Positions 1 through 8,473 of a stretch of DNA of 64,000 bases are shown here, piece by piece. The notes under the pieces were generated by a model. It worked only from the letters and a program-made list of their open reading frames with translations. It did no database searches and was not told the origin of the DNA. How positions within the stretch are numbered: the first letter of the stretch is position 1; every line of letters starts with the position of its first letter. This DNA comes from Candidatus Heteroclostridium caecigallinarum. Its GTDB lineage: Bacteria > Bacillota > Clostridia > Christensenellales > CAG-314. The stretch covers positions 954-64,953 of the forward strand of contig CAJFSP010000006.1 in NCBI GenBank assembly GCA_904419725.1. Direction: 5' to 3'. A program made the position numbers and the translations under genes.

Positions 1-326
1 TAGGCACCAGTATGCTGCAAATACCAAACGTTATGAAAAACCCTAAAATACTTTTGCCGCCTATTGTGGCAAGCGCCGTCTGCGGCCCGCTGTCGACTTG
101 CCTTTTCCGCCTCAAATGCGGCGCTACCGGCGGCGGAATGGGCACCGCGGGACTTGTGGGCGTTTTCAGCACGATAGAATACTCTACCGACATCTCGGCG
201 GCAACGCTGGCGCTCGGCATAATTTTGCTTTTCTTTGTGCTTCCCGGCGTTATATGCGCGCTGCTTACGGCTCTTTTCAAAAAGATTGGCTGGATTGGCG
301 AGGACGACCTCAAACTTAAATTATAA
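1..326 (+). CDS. 3' end of a polytopic membrane protein gene entering from upstream of the window (possibly PTS-EIIC-like/PfoR family)
   Basis: The frame is open from nt 3 with no upstream stop. The product has hydrophobic Gly-rich segments (GATGGGMGTAGLVGVF, LALGIILLFFVLPGVICALL). The family guess is from memory only. Confidence 0.45.
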   Translation, partial: GTSMLQIPNVMKNPKILLPPIVASAVCGPLSTCLFRLKCGATGGGMGTAGLVGVFSTIEYSTDISAATLALGIILLFFVLPGVICALLTALFKKIGWIGEDDLKLKL

Positions 327-353
327 AAATTGGCTTTTTTTGATATAAAAGTA

Positions 354-382
354 TTTACAAACCGCTGTTTTGTGTATATAAT
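354..382 (+). promoter_or_regulatory. sigma-A-type promoter candidate for the 425..907 gene
   Basis: TTTACA at 354-359, a 17-nt spacer, then TATAAT at 377-382. Confidence 0.5.
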
Positions 383-424
383 GCATACACCTTTTAATAA
401 ACACTCAGGAGTTTTCGAAACAGT

Positions 425-907
425 ATGGCGAAAATTACTTACAAAAAATGTCCGAGATGCGAACTGAATTATATCGATTCAAGACAGGATATGTGCGACG
501 TCTGCAAGGCTGAACTCAACCTCGCGCCGAACACGCTCATCGAGGACGAAGAAGAGACCAGAGAACTTTGCCCGATTTGCAAAGTCAATTATATCGAGGA
601 AGGCGAAGAAATGTGTGAAAGCTGCGCCGAAGAACTCGCCGCCAAAAAGAACGAGGAAAATCTCGACGACGACTCCTGGAAAGACTATGTCGACGAAGAC
701 CTTGACGACGAGGGCGACGAAGACGAAATGGAAATTCCGCTGGAAGAATTGCAGGACGACGAGTTTAACGAGTCCTTTGACGATGAGGAAGAGTTCGACG
801 ACGGCTATAAAGACGAATTCAAGGACGATTTCGACGAGGATTTCGGCGACGACGAATTCGACGACGAAGAAGACGAAGACGACGAAGAAGACCAGTACGA
901 AGACTGA
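425..907 (+). CDS. Double zinc-ribbon protein with an extremely acidic C-terminal tail (hypothetical)
   Basis: There are two CxxC-x10/11-CxxC units (CPRC..CDVC and CPIC..CESC). 53 of the last 85 residues are D/E by hand count. A promoter lies upstream and a terminator lies directly downstream. Confidence 0.7.
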   Translation: MAKITYKKCPRCELNYIDSRQDMCDVCKAELNLAPNTLIEDEEETRELCPICKVNYIEEGEEMCESCAEELAAKKNEENLDDDSWKDYVDEDLDDEGDEDEMEIPLEELQDDEFNESFDDEEEFDDGYKDEFKDDFDEDFGDDEFDDEEDEDDEEDQYED

Positions 908-920
908 CGCCGTATTTTTT

Positions 921-946
921 GCCCGGGCTTGCCCCGGGTTTTTTGT
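921..946 (+). terminator. Intrinsic terminator
   Basis: A CCCGGG/CCCGGG stem (922-927 paired with 933-938) is followed by a T-run at 939-945. Confidence 0.7.
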
Positions 947-978
947 TTAGAACGGCGGTTTTTGGGCACAATAGGGAA

Positions 979-1218
979 ATGAGAAAACAGACCGTGAGCC
1001 TTGAAACCGTAAAAAGCAAAATAGAAGAACTCAAAGGCAAAGAAGTGAAAATACGCCTCAACAAGGGAAGAAACAGAATCAGATATCTCAAAGGGAAAAT
1101 CGACGAGACGTATTCGTCGGTGTTTGTGGTCAGAATTTACGACGATATTTTCGACAGGCTGTCGTGCACTTATCAGGACGTGCTGTGCGGCGACGTGCGT
1201 TTCAAAACAGTGGAATAG
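979..1218 (+). CDS. veg: Veg (biofilm formation stimulator, DUF1021)
   Basis: The 79-aa product (MRKQTVSLETVKSKIEELKGKEVKIRLNKGRNR...VFVV..) has the typical Veg length and pattern. The internal ATG at 979 is preferred, because the upstream part of the tracked ORF covers the terminator. Confidence 0.8.
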   Translation: MRKQTVSLETVKSKIEELKGKEVKIRLNKGRNRIRYLKGKIDETYSSVFVVRIYDDIFDRLSCTYQDVLCGDVRFKTVE

Positions 1219-1307
1219 GCCTGTCCGCTTTTTTTATCTTTATTTGTCATAAGAGAAACCAGCGGGTCATATAATTTACCGTTAATATTTGCCAACGGGG
1301 GAAGTAT

Positions 1308-2795
1308 ATGAAACCGCAAATCGAGAAAATAGAAACGGGCTGCCGCAAATTTCTGGGCAGCGCGCAGACGGTAACGGAAACATTTCTTAACGTGAAAGAC
1401 GCGGGCGAAATAAAAGTGCTGACGATAAACGCGCGGCCTTATTCCGTCACCGGCGAAAACCTGTCGGGAGAAGCGGAATACAACGGTAAACTCGGCATAA
1501 AAGCCATTGTAGCCGACGCCGACGGAAACGTGTCGGGGCTGAGTTACACGGCGGATTTCGGCGGCACCTTCAAAAACGCCGCCGTGTCGCCCGACGTCAG
1601 ACTCTACTTCGCTCCTTTCGTGGTGGACTTGTCGTACAAGACCGACGGCGGCGTTTATGTCAGGTGCGTCGTCGAAACGAGGGTTTACAGCGAAAACAGG
1701 CAGTGCGCCGAGGTGCTCGGCGGGTGCGACGGCGTGGAATGTCTGATGAAAAACGTGGAAACGGCGCACCTTAAAGCGTCGGCGGATACTTCCTTTGCCG
1801 TAAGCGACGAAATAGAAGTAAAACACAGAATCGGCAAAATTCTGATGGCGCAGAGCGACGCCGTGATTTCTTCCGCGGAGTGCGGCGACGGACTTGTAAA
1901 AGTCAAGGGTTGCGTATATACCTGCGTGACATATCAGGCGGGTGAAAGCGACATAAGGAGCGTAATGGCGGAAACGCCTTTTGACGAGGAACTGCCTGCC
2001 GAAGGCTGTTCGGCGGACTGCGCCGTCAGGGCGGCAGTGGGCGGCGTGAACACCCGAATACGCATGGAAATCGCCGAAGAAGGCGAAAACAGAACCTTTA
2101 CCGCGGAGATGACGGTGAGCGTCTCGGTCAGATGTTTCGACACGGTGAGCGTTGACGTCGTTTCCGACGCTTTCAGCGTGAGCGATGAACTGGAAATAGT
2201 CAGCGAAACCTTTACCGACTGCGTTCCGCGCGACTATTTTGTCGTGGCGGGCAACGCCGGCGGCACCGCCGAGAAAGACGGGGCGCCTGTGGACGAAATC
2301 CTTTGCGTGACCAATCCTGCCGTCAACGTGGTGGGCTGCCACACGGACGACGGCGTGGTTACGCTGGAAGGCGTGGTGAGCGGCACGCTGATTTATCTCG
2401 GCGAGGAGAACGTCGGGTCGCTGGATTTCGAAATCCCGTTTGTGACGGACGGAGACTGTTCCGACGGCTGCGTGTGCGAGGCGGCGTGCGCCGCCGTTAC
2501 GCAGATGAACGCCAGACTCATCCGCGGCGCCGTCAATATCGACGCCGCCGTTAAAATCGGCGTCGGGTGCGACAGCGTGTGCCGTTTTTCCGCCGTCATG
2601 GAAATCAACGCCGTCGGCGAAAGACAAAACTGCGGCTGCGCGATTGAGGTCATCAACGTCGGCGCGGGTATGACGGAGTGGGATTTGCGCAAACTGACGG
2701 GTCTCGGCATTGACGAGATAAAGGCTTGCAACCCCGATTTGCGTCTGCCGTCCGACGGCGGACAAAAAGCCGTCGTTTACAGACAGATAAAATAA
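1308..2795 (+). CDS. DUF3794-repeat protein with a C-terminal LysM-like domain (SipL/SpoVID-like spore morphogenesis protein)
   Basis: SD GGGGGA lies 6 nt upstream of the ATG. The body is a repetitive beta-rich DUF3794-like region and the C-terminus is LysM-like (GAGMTEWDLRKLTGLGIDEIKACNPDL). The veg-sipL-ispE order matches what I recall from Clostridioides difficile. Confidence 0.65.
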   Translation: MKPQIEKIETGCRKFLGSAQTVTETFLNVKDAGEIKVLTINARPYSVTGENLSGEAEYNGKLGIKAIVADADGNVSGLSYTADFGGTFKNAAVSPDVRLYFAPFVVDLSYKTDGGVYVRCVVETRVYSENRQCAEVLGGCDGVECLMKNVETAHLKASADTSFAVSDEIEVKHRIGKILMAQSDAVISSAECGDGLVKVKGCVYTCVTYQAGESDIRSVMAETPFDEELPAEGCSADCAVRAAVGGVNTRIRMEIAEEGENRTFTAEMTVSVSVRCFDTVSVDVVSDAFSVSDELEIVSETFTDCVPRDYFVVAGNAGGTAEKDGAPVDEILCVTNPAVNVVGCHTDDGVVTLEGVVSGTLIYLGEENVGSLDFEIPFVTDGDCSDGCVCEAACAAVTQMNARLIRGAVNIDAAVKIGVGCDSVCRFSAVMEINAVGERQNCGCAIEVINVGAGMTEWDLRKLTGLGIDEIKACNPDLRLPSDGGQKAVVYRQIK

Positions 2796-2804
2796 AAAAT
2801 AACG

Positions 2805-2829
2805 GCGCCCGCTTGCGGGTGCTTTTTTT
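2805..2829 (+). terminator. Intrinsic terminator after the sipL-like gene
   Basis: A 7-bp GC stem (2805-2811 paired with 2816-2822) is followed by a T7 run. Confidence 0.65.
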
Positions 2830-2879
2830 GCCTGTTGATTTTTTCTTTTTTTTGCGTTATGCTGAAAAAAAGGTGTCTT

Positions 2880-3722
2880 ATGAAAATCAGGGTTTACGGC
2901 AAAATCAATCTGTCGCTCAATGTGCTCACAAAAGAAATTGACGGTTATCATCAGCTGGACATGGTCAACCAGAGCGTCAGCGTCTTTGACGAAATAGAAC
3001 TCGCTCCGCGCGTCGATAAACTGTGCAGGGTCAGGTGCGACAAAGACATCGGCGTTATCAACACGGCGCTGACGTCTGCGTCGGCCTTTGTAAAACGTTT
3101 CGGCACCAACGGGTATGACATATTTATTAAAAAGGGCATACCGATGAAGGGCGGGCTCGGCGGCAGCAGCGCCGACGCCGCCGGCATCCTCGCCGCTCTG
3201 TCGAAAATACACGGCGTCGACGCAGTGTCGGCGGGCGAAATCGCTGACGCGGTGGGCAGCGACGTGAAATACATGATGGAAGGCGGACTGGCAAGGGTCA
3301 GGGGTACCGGCGGCGACGTGGAAAAAATCGACAGCGGCGCGGTCAATTATTTCGTGCTGATTGTGCCGCCTTTCGGCATGTCGACGCAAAGGGTGTTTGC
3401 CGCCTTTGACGAAAAACCCGATTTCGGGTGGGCGGACAACGACAGGCTCATCGACGCCGTGATTAACGAGGACGTCGCCGCGATGAAAATGAACATGCGC
3501 AACGGGCTGCAATCAACCGCGTTCCGCCTTGACAAACGGCTCGGCGATTTGTATGACGCCATGCGGGGCCGCTGTTTTGTCCAGATGACGGGAAGCGGCA
3601 GTTGCCTGTTCGCGGTGGCGGACGGCGCCGCAGACGCCGCTTACACGGCGGAACGGCTCAAAAAAGAAGGCATAAGGGCGGTTGCTGTCGAAAGCAGGGG
3701 GTACGGCGTTGAGTTTTTGTGA
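2880..3722 (+). CDS. ispE: 4-diphosphocytidyl-2-C-methyl-D-erythritol kinase
   Basis: The N-terminus is MKIRVYGKINLSLNV and the GHMP kinase motif is PMKGGLGGSSADAA. SD AAAGGTG precedes the ATG at 2880. Confidence 0.9.
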   Translation: MKIRVYGKINLSLNVLTKEIDGYHQLDMVNQSVSVFDEIELAPRVDKLCRVRCDKDIGVINTALTSASAFVKRFGTNGYDIFIKKGIPMKGGLGGSSADAAGILAALSKIHGVDAVSAGEIADAVGSDVKYMMEGGLARVRGTGGDVEKIDSGAVNYFVLIVPPFGMSTQRVFAAFDEKPDFGWADNDRLIDAVINEDVAAMKMNMRNGLQSTAFRLDKRLGDLYDAMRGRCFVQMTGSGSCLFAVADGAADAAYTAERLKKEGIRAVAVESRGYGVEFL

Positions 3723-3779
3723 TATCTCTGTTTGAAAGAGCGCCGCGCGGGCATAATTATCTCCGTTACGGAGGTAAAA

Positions 3780-4304
3780 ATGAAAAAGAAAATCGCTGTG
3801 CTGTGCGCCATTCTCATTTGTCTGTGTTTCGCCGCGTGCGCCTGTGCGCCCGGGAGCGGCAACGACTGTTTAAGAATACATATCCGCGCCAACTCAAATT
3901 CGCAAACCGACCAAAAGGTGAAATATCTGGTTAAGGACGCCGTTGTGGAGTATCTCACGCCGCTGCTGGCGTCAGCCGACACGAAAGACAAGGCGAAAGC
4001 CGTCGTCCTTTCCGCCAGGGATGGCATAGAAGCCGCCGCCGAAAGAGTGCTCGCCGAAAACGGTTTCGGCTACGGCGCCGAGGCGGAACTGACGACGGAA
4101 GTTTTCCCCGCAAGGACTTACGGCCCGCTCACGCTGGACAGCGGCGAGTACGAGGCGCTGATAGTCAATCTTGGCAGCGGGAGCGGCGACAACTGGTGGT
4201 GTGTGGTTTATCCGCCGCTGTGTTTCGTGGGCGGTGAAGACACGGGCGGCGGAGTAGTTTACAAATCCGCCCTGCTGGAAATAATAAAAAAATTTTTCTC
4301 ATGA
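3780..4304 (+). CDS. spoIIR: Stage II sporulation protein R
   Basis: A signal/TM segment is followed by RIHIRANSNSQTDQKVKYLVKDAV and a C-terminal NWWCVVYPPLCF signature. SD GGAGG lies upstream of the ATG at 3780. Confidence 0.85.
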   Translation: MKKKIAVLCAILICLCFAACACAPGSGNDCLRIHIRANSNSQTDQKVKYLVKDAVVEYLTPLLASADTKDKAKAVVLSARDGIEAAAERVLAENGFGYGAEAELTTEVFPARTYGPLTLDSGEYEALIVNLGSGSGDNWWCVVYPPLCFVGGEDTGGGVVYKSALLEIIKKFFS

Positions 4305-4329
4305 ACGCCGGCTTATGCCGGCGTTTTTA
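4304..4329 (+). terminator. Intrinsic terminator after spoIIR
   Basis: The stem is AACGCCGGC-TTAT-GCCGGCGTT, followed by a T-run. Confidence 0.7.
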
Positions 4330-4382
4330 TACATAAAAAATTTAACGTCACGCAAACTATCCCCATGGAGGGATTTTTTACG

Positions 4383-5063
4383 ATGGGCAAAAAGACAAAG
4401 ATAATTGTCGCCGTGCTGGCAATCGTTTGCTGCGGCGGGCTGCTTTTGGCGTTTTCGTCCAACCCGGCCGACGCCGCCGTCGTCAAACAGGGGTCGCAGG
4501 GCGCAATCGTCACTCAAATACAGACAAAACTGAAAAACTGGGGGTATTACACCGGTGAGGTGGACGGCGTTTTCGGCAGCAAGACAAAGTCCGCCGTTAT
4601 ATATTTTCAGCGTGTCAACGGATTGACCCGGGACGGCATAGTGGGCGAAAAGACCGCCGCCGCCATGGGCGTTACGCTGTCTTCTTCATCTTCTACGTCG
4701 TCTTCGCCTGCAAACAGCGACCTGTACCTAATGGCGAGGGCGGTTTACGGCGAGGCGCGCGGCGAATCGTACACCGGCAAAGTGGCGGTGGCTGCCGTGA
4801 TACTCAACCGGGTAAAAAGCGCCGACTTTCCCGACACGATTTCGGGCGTGATATATCAGCCGTGGGCGTTCACCGCGGTGCATGACGGCCAGATAAACAT
4901 GGGTACCGACGAAGAATGCATCAAAGCCTGCAAAGACGCGCTGAACGGCTGGGACCCGACATACGGCTGCGTGTTTTATTACAACCCCGCCACGGCGACA
5001 AACGCATGGATACGTTCCAGACCGGTCGTGGTGACGATTGGTAAACACGTCTTTTGCAAGTGA
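4383..5063 (+). CDS. sleB: Spore cortex-lytic enzyme SleB (PG-binding domain plus Hydrolase_2 domain)
   Basis: It has a PG_binding_1 motif (GYYTGEVDGVFGSKTKSAVIYFQ) and the catalytic region YGEARGESYTGKVAVAAVILNRV. The ATG at 4383 lies 10 nt after GGAGGG. An alternative ATG exists at 4365. Confidence 0.9.
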   Translation: MGKKTKIIVAVLAIVCCGGLLLAFSSNPADAAVVKQGSQGAIVTQIQTKLKNWGYYTGEVDGVFGSKTKSAVIYFQRVNGLTRDGIVGEKTAAAMGVTLSSSSSTSSSPANSDLYLMARAVYGEARGESYTGKVAVAAVILNRVKSADFPDTISGVIYQPWAFTAVHDGQINMGTDEECIKACKDALNGWDPTYGCVFYYNPATATNAWIRSRPVVVTIGKHVFCK

Positions 5064-5072
5064 GGTGAAGAT

Positions 5073-6395
5073 ATGAGCAAAGTTTCAAAACTGACGTGCG
5101 GCATACTTGCGGGGCTTGCCGTGGTGCTGCTTGCCGTCGTCATACGTCTTTCGGTTATCAATGCCGGCCTTACGGAGAGAAACGGCAAAATGGAAGAGTA
5201 CGGCGTCAGGTTGGAAAGCATGTACGACAAGGCGTATTTCGAACTGACGGACAGCATCCGCAACATGCAGAGCAATCTTTCAAAACTGACGGTATCGAGC
5301 GGCAGAACAATGCAGCAGAGCCTGCTGGCCGAGATAATAGGGCAGGCGGATTCGGCGCAGAGCGACATAGGTTCTCTTCCGCTGGAAGGCGGGTGCCTGA
5401 TGAAATCGGCGGAATTCGTAAACAAAACGGCGGATTACTGTTCTTATCTCATGAACAAACTCGCCTCGGGCGGCAGCATAACGGCGGAAGAAAAAGCCAA
5501 TCTCAAAGGACTGGCCAAGTCGTCAAAAACGCTGGGCGGCAAACTGTGCGAAATGGCCGGTGACATAGGCTGCGGCACGCTGCTCAGGGATTTGGGCGAG
5601 AACGGCGGCGGCATAGGCATGGGTTTTGACGAAATGAACCGCGCGGCGTTCGACTATCCGAAACTTATTTACGACGGCCCGTTTTCCGACGCCAGGGACG
5701 ACAGCGTCAAGCCGCGGCTGCCGGCGATGACGAGCGGCGAAGTGCGGGATAAGGTCGCGGAAGAACTGGCTCCTTTCGGCGCGGCGTCTGTGGAATACAA
5801 GGGCAGGCTGTCAAACAAAGCCGACGTGTATAACTATGAAGTAACCATGATGGGCGGCGGCGCGCTTTACGTCCAGGCAACGGTAAACGGCGGGATGATA
5901 GCGCTTGTGTCCGGCAGCGGCAGCGGTTCGGCTTCCGCGGAGAACGCCATGGCGGCGGCGAAAGAATTTGCCGCCGCGCTGGGTTACGACGTCGAACCGG
6001 TGTGGGTGTCCAAAGAGACGGACGGCGGCACATACGTCAACCTGGCGCCTGTGGTGAACGGCGTGATAATATATCCCGACCTTGTCAAAGCCGTTGTGTA
6101 TGACGGCGGCGTAAGAGGGTTTGAGGCGTATAACTATCTTGCCAACCACAAGACCAGGAAGTTTGACAAAAAGTACCGCGACAGCGGCGAGGCTGCGGCA
6201 AAACTGTCGCCGGAACTCACCGTGAAAAACGTAAATATGGCGCTCGTGCCTAAAAACGACGACGAAATTTTGTGTTTCGAGTTTGAGTGCGAGGCGGACG
6301 GCGAACAGTATTTCGTGTTTATCAACGCCGATACTCTGGAAGAGACGGATATTTTCAAGGTGATTAAAGGCACGGAAGGTTATACCGTAATGTAA
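5073..6395 (+). CDS. ypeB: Germination protein YpeB (PepSY-domain partner of SleB)
   Basis: It has an N-terminal TM helix, a 440-aa length and PepSY-like C-terminal repeats, and it sits immediately downstream of sleB. Confidence 0.8.
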   Translation: MSKVSKLTCGILAGLAVVLLAVVIRLSVINAGLTERNGKMEEYGVRLESMYDKAYFELTDSIRNMQSNLSKLTVSSGRTMQQSLLAEIIGQADSAQSDIGSLPLEGGCLMKSAEFVNKTADYCSYLMNKLASGGSITAEEKANLKGLAKSSKTLGGKLCEMAGDIGCGTLLRDLGENGGGIGMGFDEMNRAAFDYPKLIYDGPFSDARDDSVKPRLPAMTSGEVRDKVAEELAPFGAASVEYKGRLSNKADVYNYEVTMMGGGALYVQATVNGGMIALVSGSGSGSASAENAMAAAKEFAAALGYDVEPVWVSKETDGGTYVNLAPVVNGVIIYPDLVKAVVYDGGVRGFEAYNYLANHKTRKFDKKYRDSGEAAAKLSPELTVKNVNMALVPKNDDEILCFEFECEADGEQYFVFINADTLEETDIFKVIKGTEGYTVM

Positions 6396-6397
6396 CG

Positions 6398-6424
6398 GGA
6401 CGGCGCGGCGGCGCCGTCCTTTTC
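6398..6424 (+). terminator. Intrinsic terminator after ypeB
   Basis: A 9-bp stem GGACGGCGC/GCGCCGTCC is followed by TTTT. Confidence 0.65.
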
Positions 6425-6516
6425 CGCTTCGACGGCGAAGGCTGTCGAAATATGTCGTATAAACGTTTACAAAAAGCGTTTTTATGGTATAATTGTATAG
6501 AAAAAATCATATAGAT

Positions 6517-6912
6517 ATGAATGGCATATTAAATATAAAATCCACTTTCGACGGCGACAACGCCGTGGAATACCGGACCGACGCCGAAGTGGAAATCAAA
6601 AACGGCGCCGTTTTTATTTCTTACGCGGAGAACGAATCGGATTACGCCGACACCACGACGCGGCTGGGCATTTCCCCCGACGTGGTATCTCTGAACCGTT
6701 TTGGCAGGTTTCCGGCGTTTTTTCTTTTTTCTGTGGAACAAAAGCACTTGTGTAAAATTTCAACAATATTCGGCGAGGCTGACATGGTTGTCAGAACCGA
6801 CCGCCTGCGGGTTGACATCGGCGAAAGTTACGTCGCCGTGGAACTCAGTTACGAAATGCTCATGGGCGAAGCAGTGAGCGTGTGCGACATGAGTCTGCGC
6901 TGTGATTTTTAA
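6517..6912 (+). CDS. DUF1934 family beta-barrel protein (YwiB-like)
   Basis: It is ~131 aa with an alternating beta pattern (VFISYAE..TTTRLGISPDVVSLNRFG...VAVELSYEM). Start choice is uncertain between the ATG at 6517 and the TTG at 6493, which lies inside the putative -10. Confidence 0.55.
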   Translation: MNGILNIKSTFDGDNAVEYRTDAEVEIKNGAVFISYAENESDYADTTTRLGISPDVVSLNRFGRFPAFFLFSVEQKHLCKISTIFGEADMVVRTDRLRVDIGESYVAVELSYEMLMGEAVSVCDMSLRCDF

Positions 6913-6921
6913 GGAGTTTTT

Positions 6922-8391
6922 ATGAAAATCGTTTCCGAAGCGGAAAAAAAGTTTTTGCTTGACAACATCGACGCGATAGGCGGCAAAAACGTGCACAAAA
7001 TCAGGGAACTCGCCAAAGCGCTGGGGGCGCCAAAACCCACGGCGACCAAAAAAGAAGATAACATGGACGGGATAAAGGCGATTCTCAAAGGCGAAATGGA
7101 GCCGAAATACCCGAAAAGCAATTCGGACAAGCATTACGCCGAATACCGCGCCACCGTGTCGCGTTGGCTTGACGAACTGAAAGAAGACGAAATGCCGCTT
7201 TGCGACGACATAACGCCGCAGGGCGTTGCCGCGCCTGAGCAGAGTCTTGAAAGCGACGCCTTTGAAATCGAGGGCAGGCTGGAAATTATCGAGAAAGGCT
7301 ACGGCTTTTTGCGCACATCGCCCGATTCGGTCACAAAGGGCGCCGATATTTTCGTGGACGGCAAAATTATTCAGCATTTCAGGTTGTGCGGCGGGGACGT
7401 CGTCTGCGGGCTGGCCCGAAAAGAAGACCCGTACAAATCGGCTAAACTCATTAAACTGACGCGCGTGAACGGCGTCAGCGCCGAAAAGGAAAATTTCGCC
7501 GGCAGACCGCGTTTCGAGGAGCTGAAAGCGGTGTTTCCGAACAAACGCCTGCGCCTCGAAGGCTGCGGCAAGTTTGATTTCGCTCTGCGCGCCATCGACC
7601 TTGTGGCGCCGATAGGGCGGGGGCAAAGGGGGCTTATCGTTTCGCCGCCGAAAGCCGGCAAAACAACGCTGCTCAAACAGATTGCCCAGGCGCTTCTGCA
7701 CAATTATTCCGACCTTACGGTTATCATGCTGCTCATTGACGAACGCCCGGAGGAAGTTACAGACATGGAGCGCGAAGTCAAAGGATGCGAGATAGTGTCT
7801 TCCACCTTCGACCAGGAGCAGGAGCATCACGTCAAAGTGGCGGAGCAGACGCTCGCCCGCGCGAAACGTCTCGTTGAAATGGGCGGCGACGTGGTTATTC
7901 TGCTTGACAGCATAACCCGTCTCGCCAGGGCTTACAACCAGGTGGGCGAGGCGTCGGGCAGAACATTGTCGGGCGGCCTGGACGTGGCGGCGCTCAAAGA
8001 GCCGAAAAGATTTTTCGGCGCGGCGCGCAACACAGACGGCCACGGCAGCCTCACCATTATAGCCACCGCGCTTATCAACACCGGCAGCAGGATGGACGAC
8101 GTCATTTACGAAGAATTCAAGGGCACGGGCAACATGGAGATACATCTTGACCGCAAACTCAGCGAAAGACGTATTTTCCCTGCCATCGACCTTGAAAAAT
8201 CAGGCACCAGACGCGAAGACCTGCTGTACACGGGCAGGGAAATGACGGCGATGTGGGCTGTGCGCAGAATGCTTTCAAAAGCGGATAACGGCGAAAGCGC
8301 CGAAATGATTCTGGATATGCTGACCAAAACGAAAACCAACGACGAACTGCTGACCCTGCTGGAAATAAGCATGCAGAAAAGCGGCAAATGA
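6922..8391 (+). CDS. rho: Transcription termination factor Rho
   Basis: SD AAGGAG precedes the start. Motifs seen are the CSD-like GYGFLR, the Walker A GQRGLIVSPPKAGKTTLL and the C-terminal FPAIDLEKSGTRRE. An N-terminal insertion of about 70 aa is present relative to a ~420-aa Rho. Confidence 0.95.
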   Translation: MKIVSEAEKKFLLDNIDAIGGKNVHKIRELAKALGAPKPTATKKEDNMDGIKAILKGEMEPKYPKSNSDKHYAEYRATVSRWLDELKEDEMPLCDDITPQGVAAPEQSLESDAFEIEGRLEIIEKGYGFLRTSPDSVTKGADIFVDGKIIQHFRLCGGDVVCGLARKEDPYKSAKLIKLTRVNGVSAEKENFAGRPRFEELKAVFPNKRLRLEGCGKFDFALRAIDLVAPIGRGQRGLIVSPPKAGKTTLLKQIAQALLHNYSDLTVIMLLIDERPEEVTDMEREVKGCEIVSSTFDQEQEHHVKVAEQTLARAKRLVEMGGDVVILLDSITRLARAYNQVGEASGRTLSGGLDVAALKEPKRFFGAARNTDGHGSLTIIATALINTGSRMDDVIYEEFKGTGNMEIHLDRKLSERRIFPAIDLEKSGTRREDLLYTGREMTAMWAVRRMLSKADNGESAEMILDMLTKTKTNDELLTLLEISMQKSGK

Positions 8392-8401
8392 TTTGATGAA
8401 A

Positions 8402-8426
8402 AGCCCGCCTGGCAGGCGGGCTTTTG
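8402..8426 (+). terminator. Intrinsic terminator after rho
   Basis: An 8-bp stem AGCCCGCC/GGCGGGCT is followed by TTTT. Confidence 0.7.
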
Positions 8427-8440
8427 TGAATAAAGGGGAC

Positions 8441-8470
8441 AAAAAAAGGAGGCGGATGAGTCCGCCTTCT
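8441..8470 (-). terminator. Intrinsic terminator after potD (bidirectional shape)
   Basis: A 9-bp stem (8448-8456 paired with 8461-8469) is flanked by A7 and T6 runs, starting a few nt after the potD stop. Confidence 0.65.
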
Positions 8471-8473
8471 TTT

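Noticed and set aside
1173-3512. 779-aa minus-strand ORF spanning the sipL-like and ispE region.
   Set aside because: It is antisense to two genes that have clear motifs, SDs and terminators. Its product is rich in R/H/A/V/F with no recognisable motif, which is the typical GC-rich antisense artefact.
6760-8145. 461-aa minus-strand ORF.
   Set aside because: It lies fully antisense to rho, which is unambiguous. It has no motifs and a skewed R/A/F/H composition.
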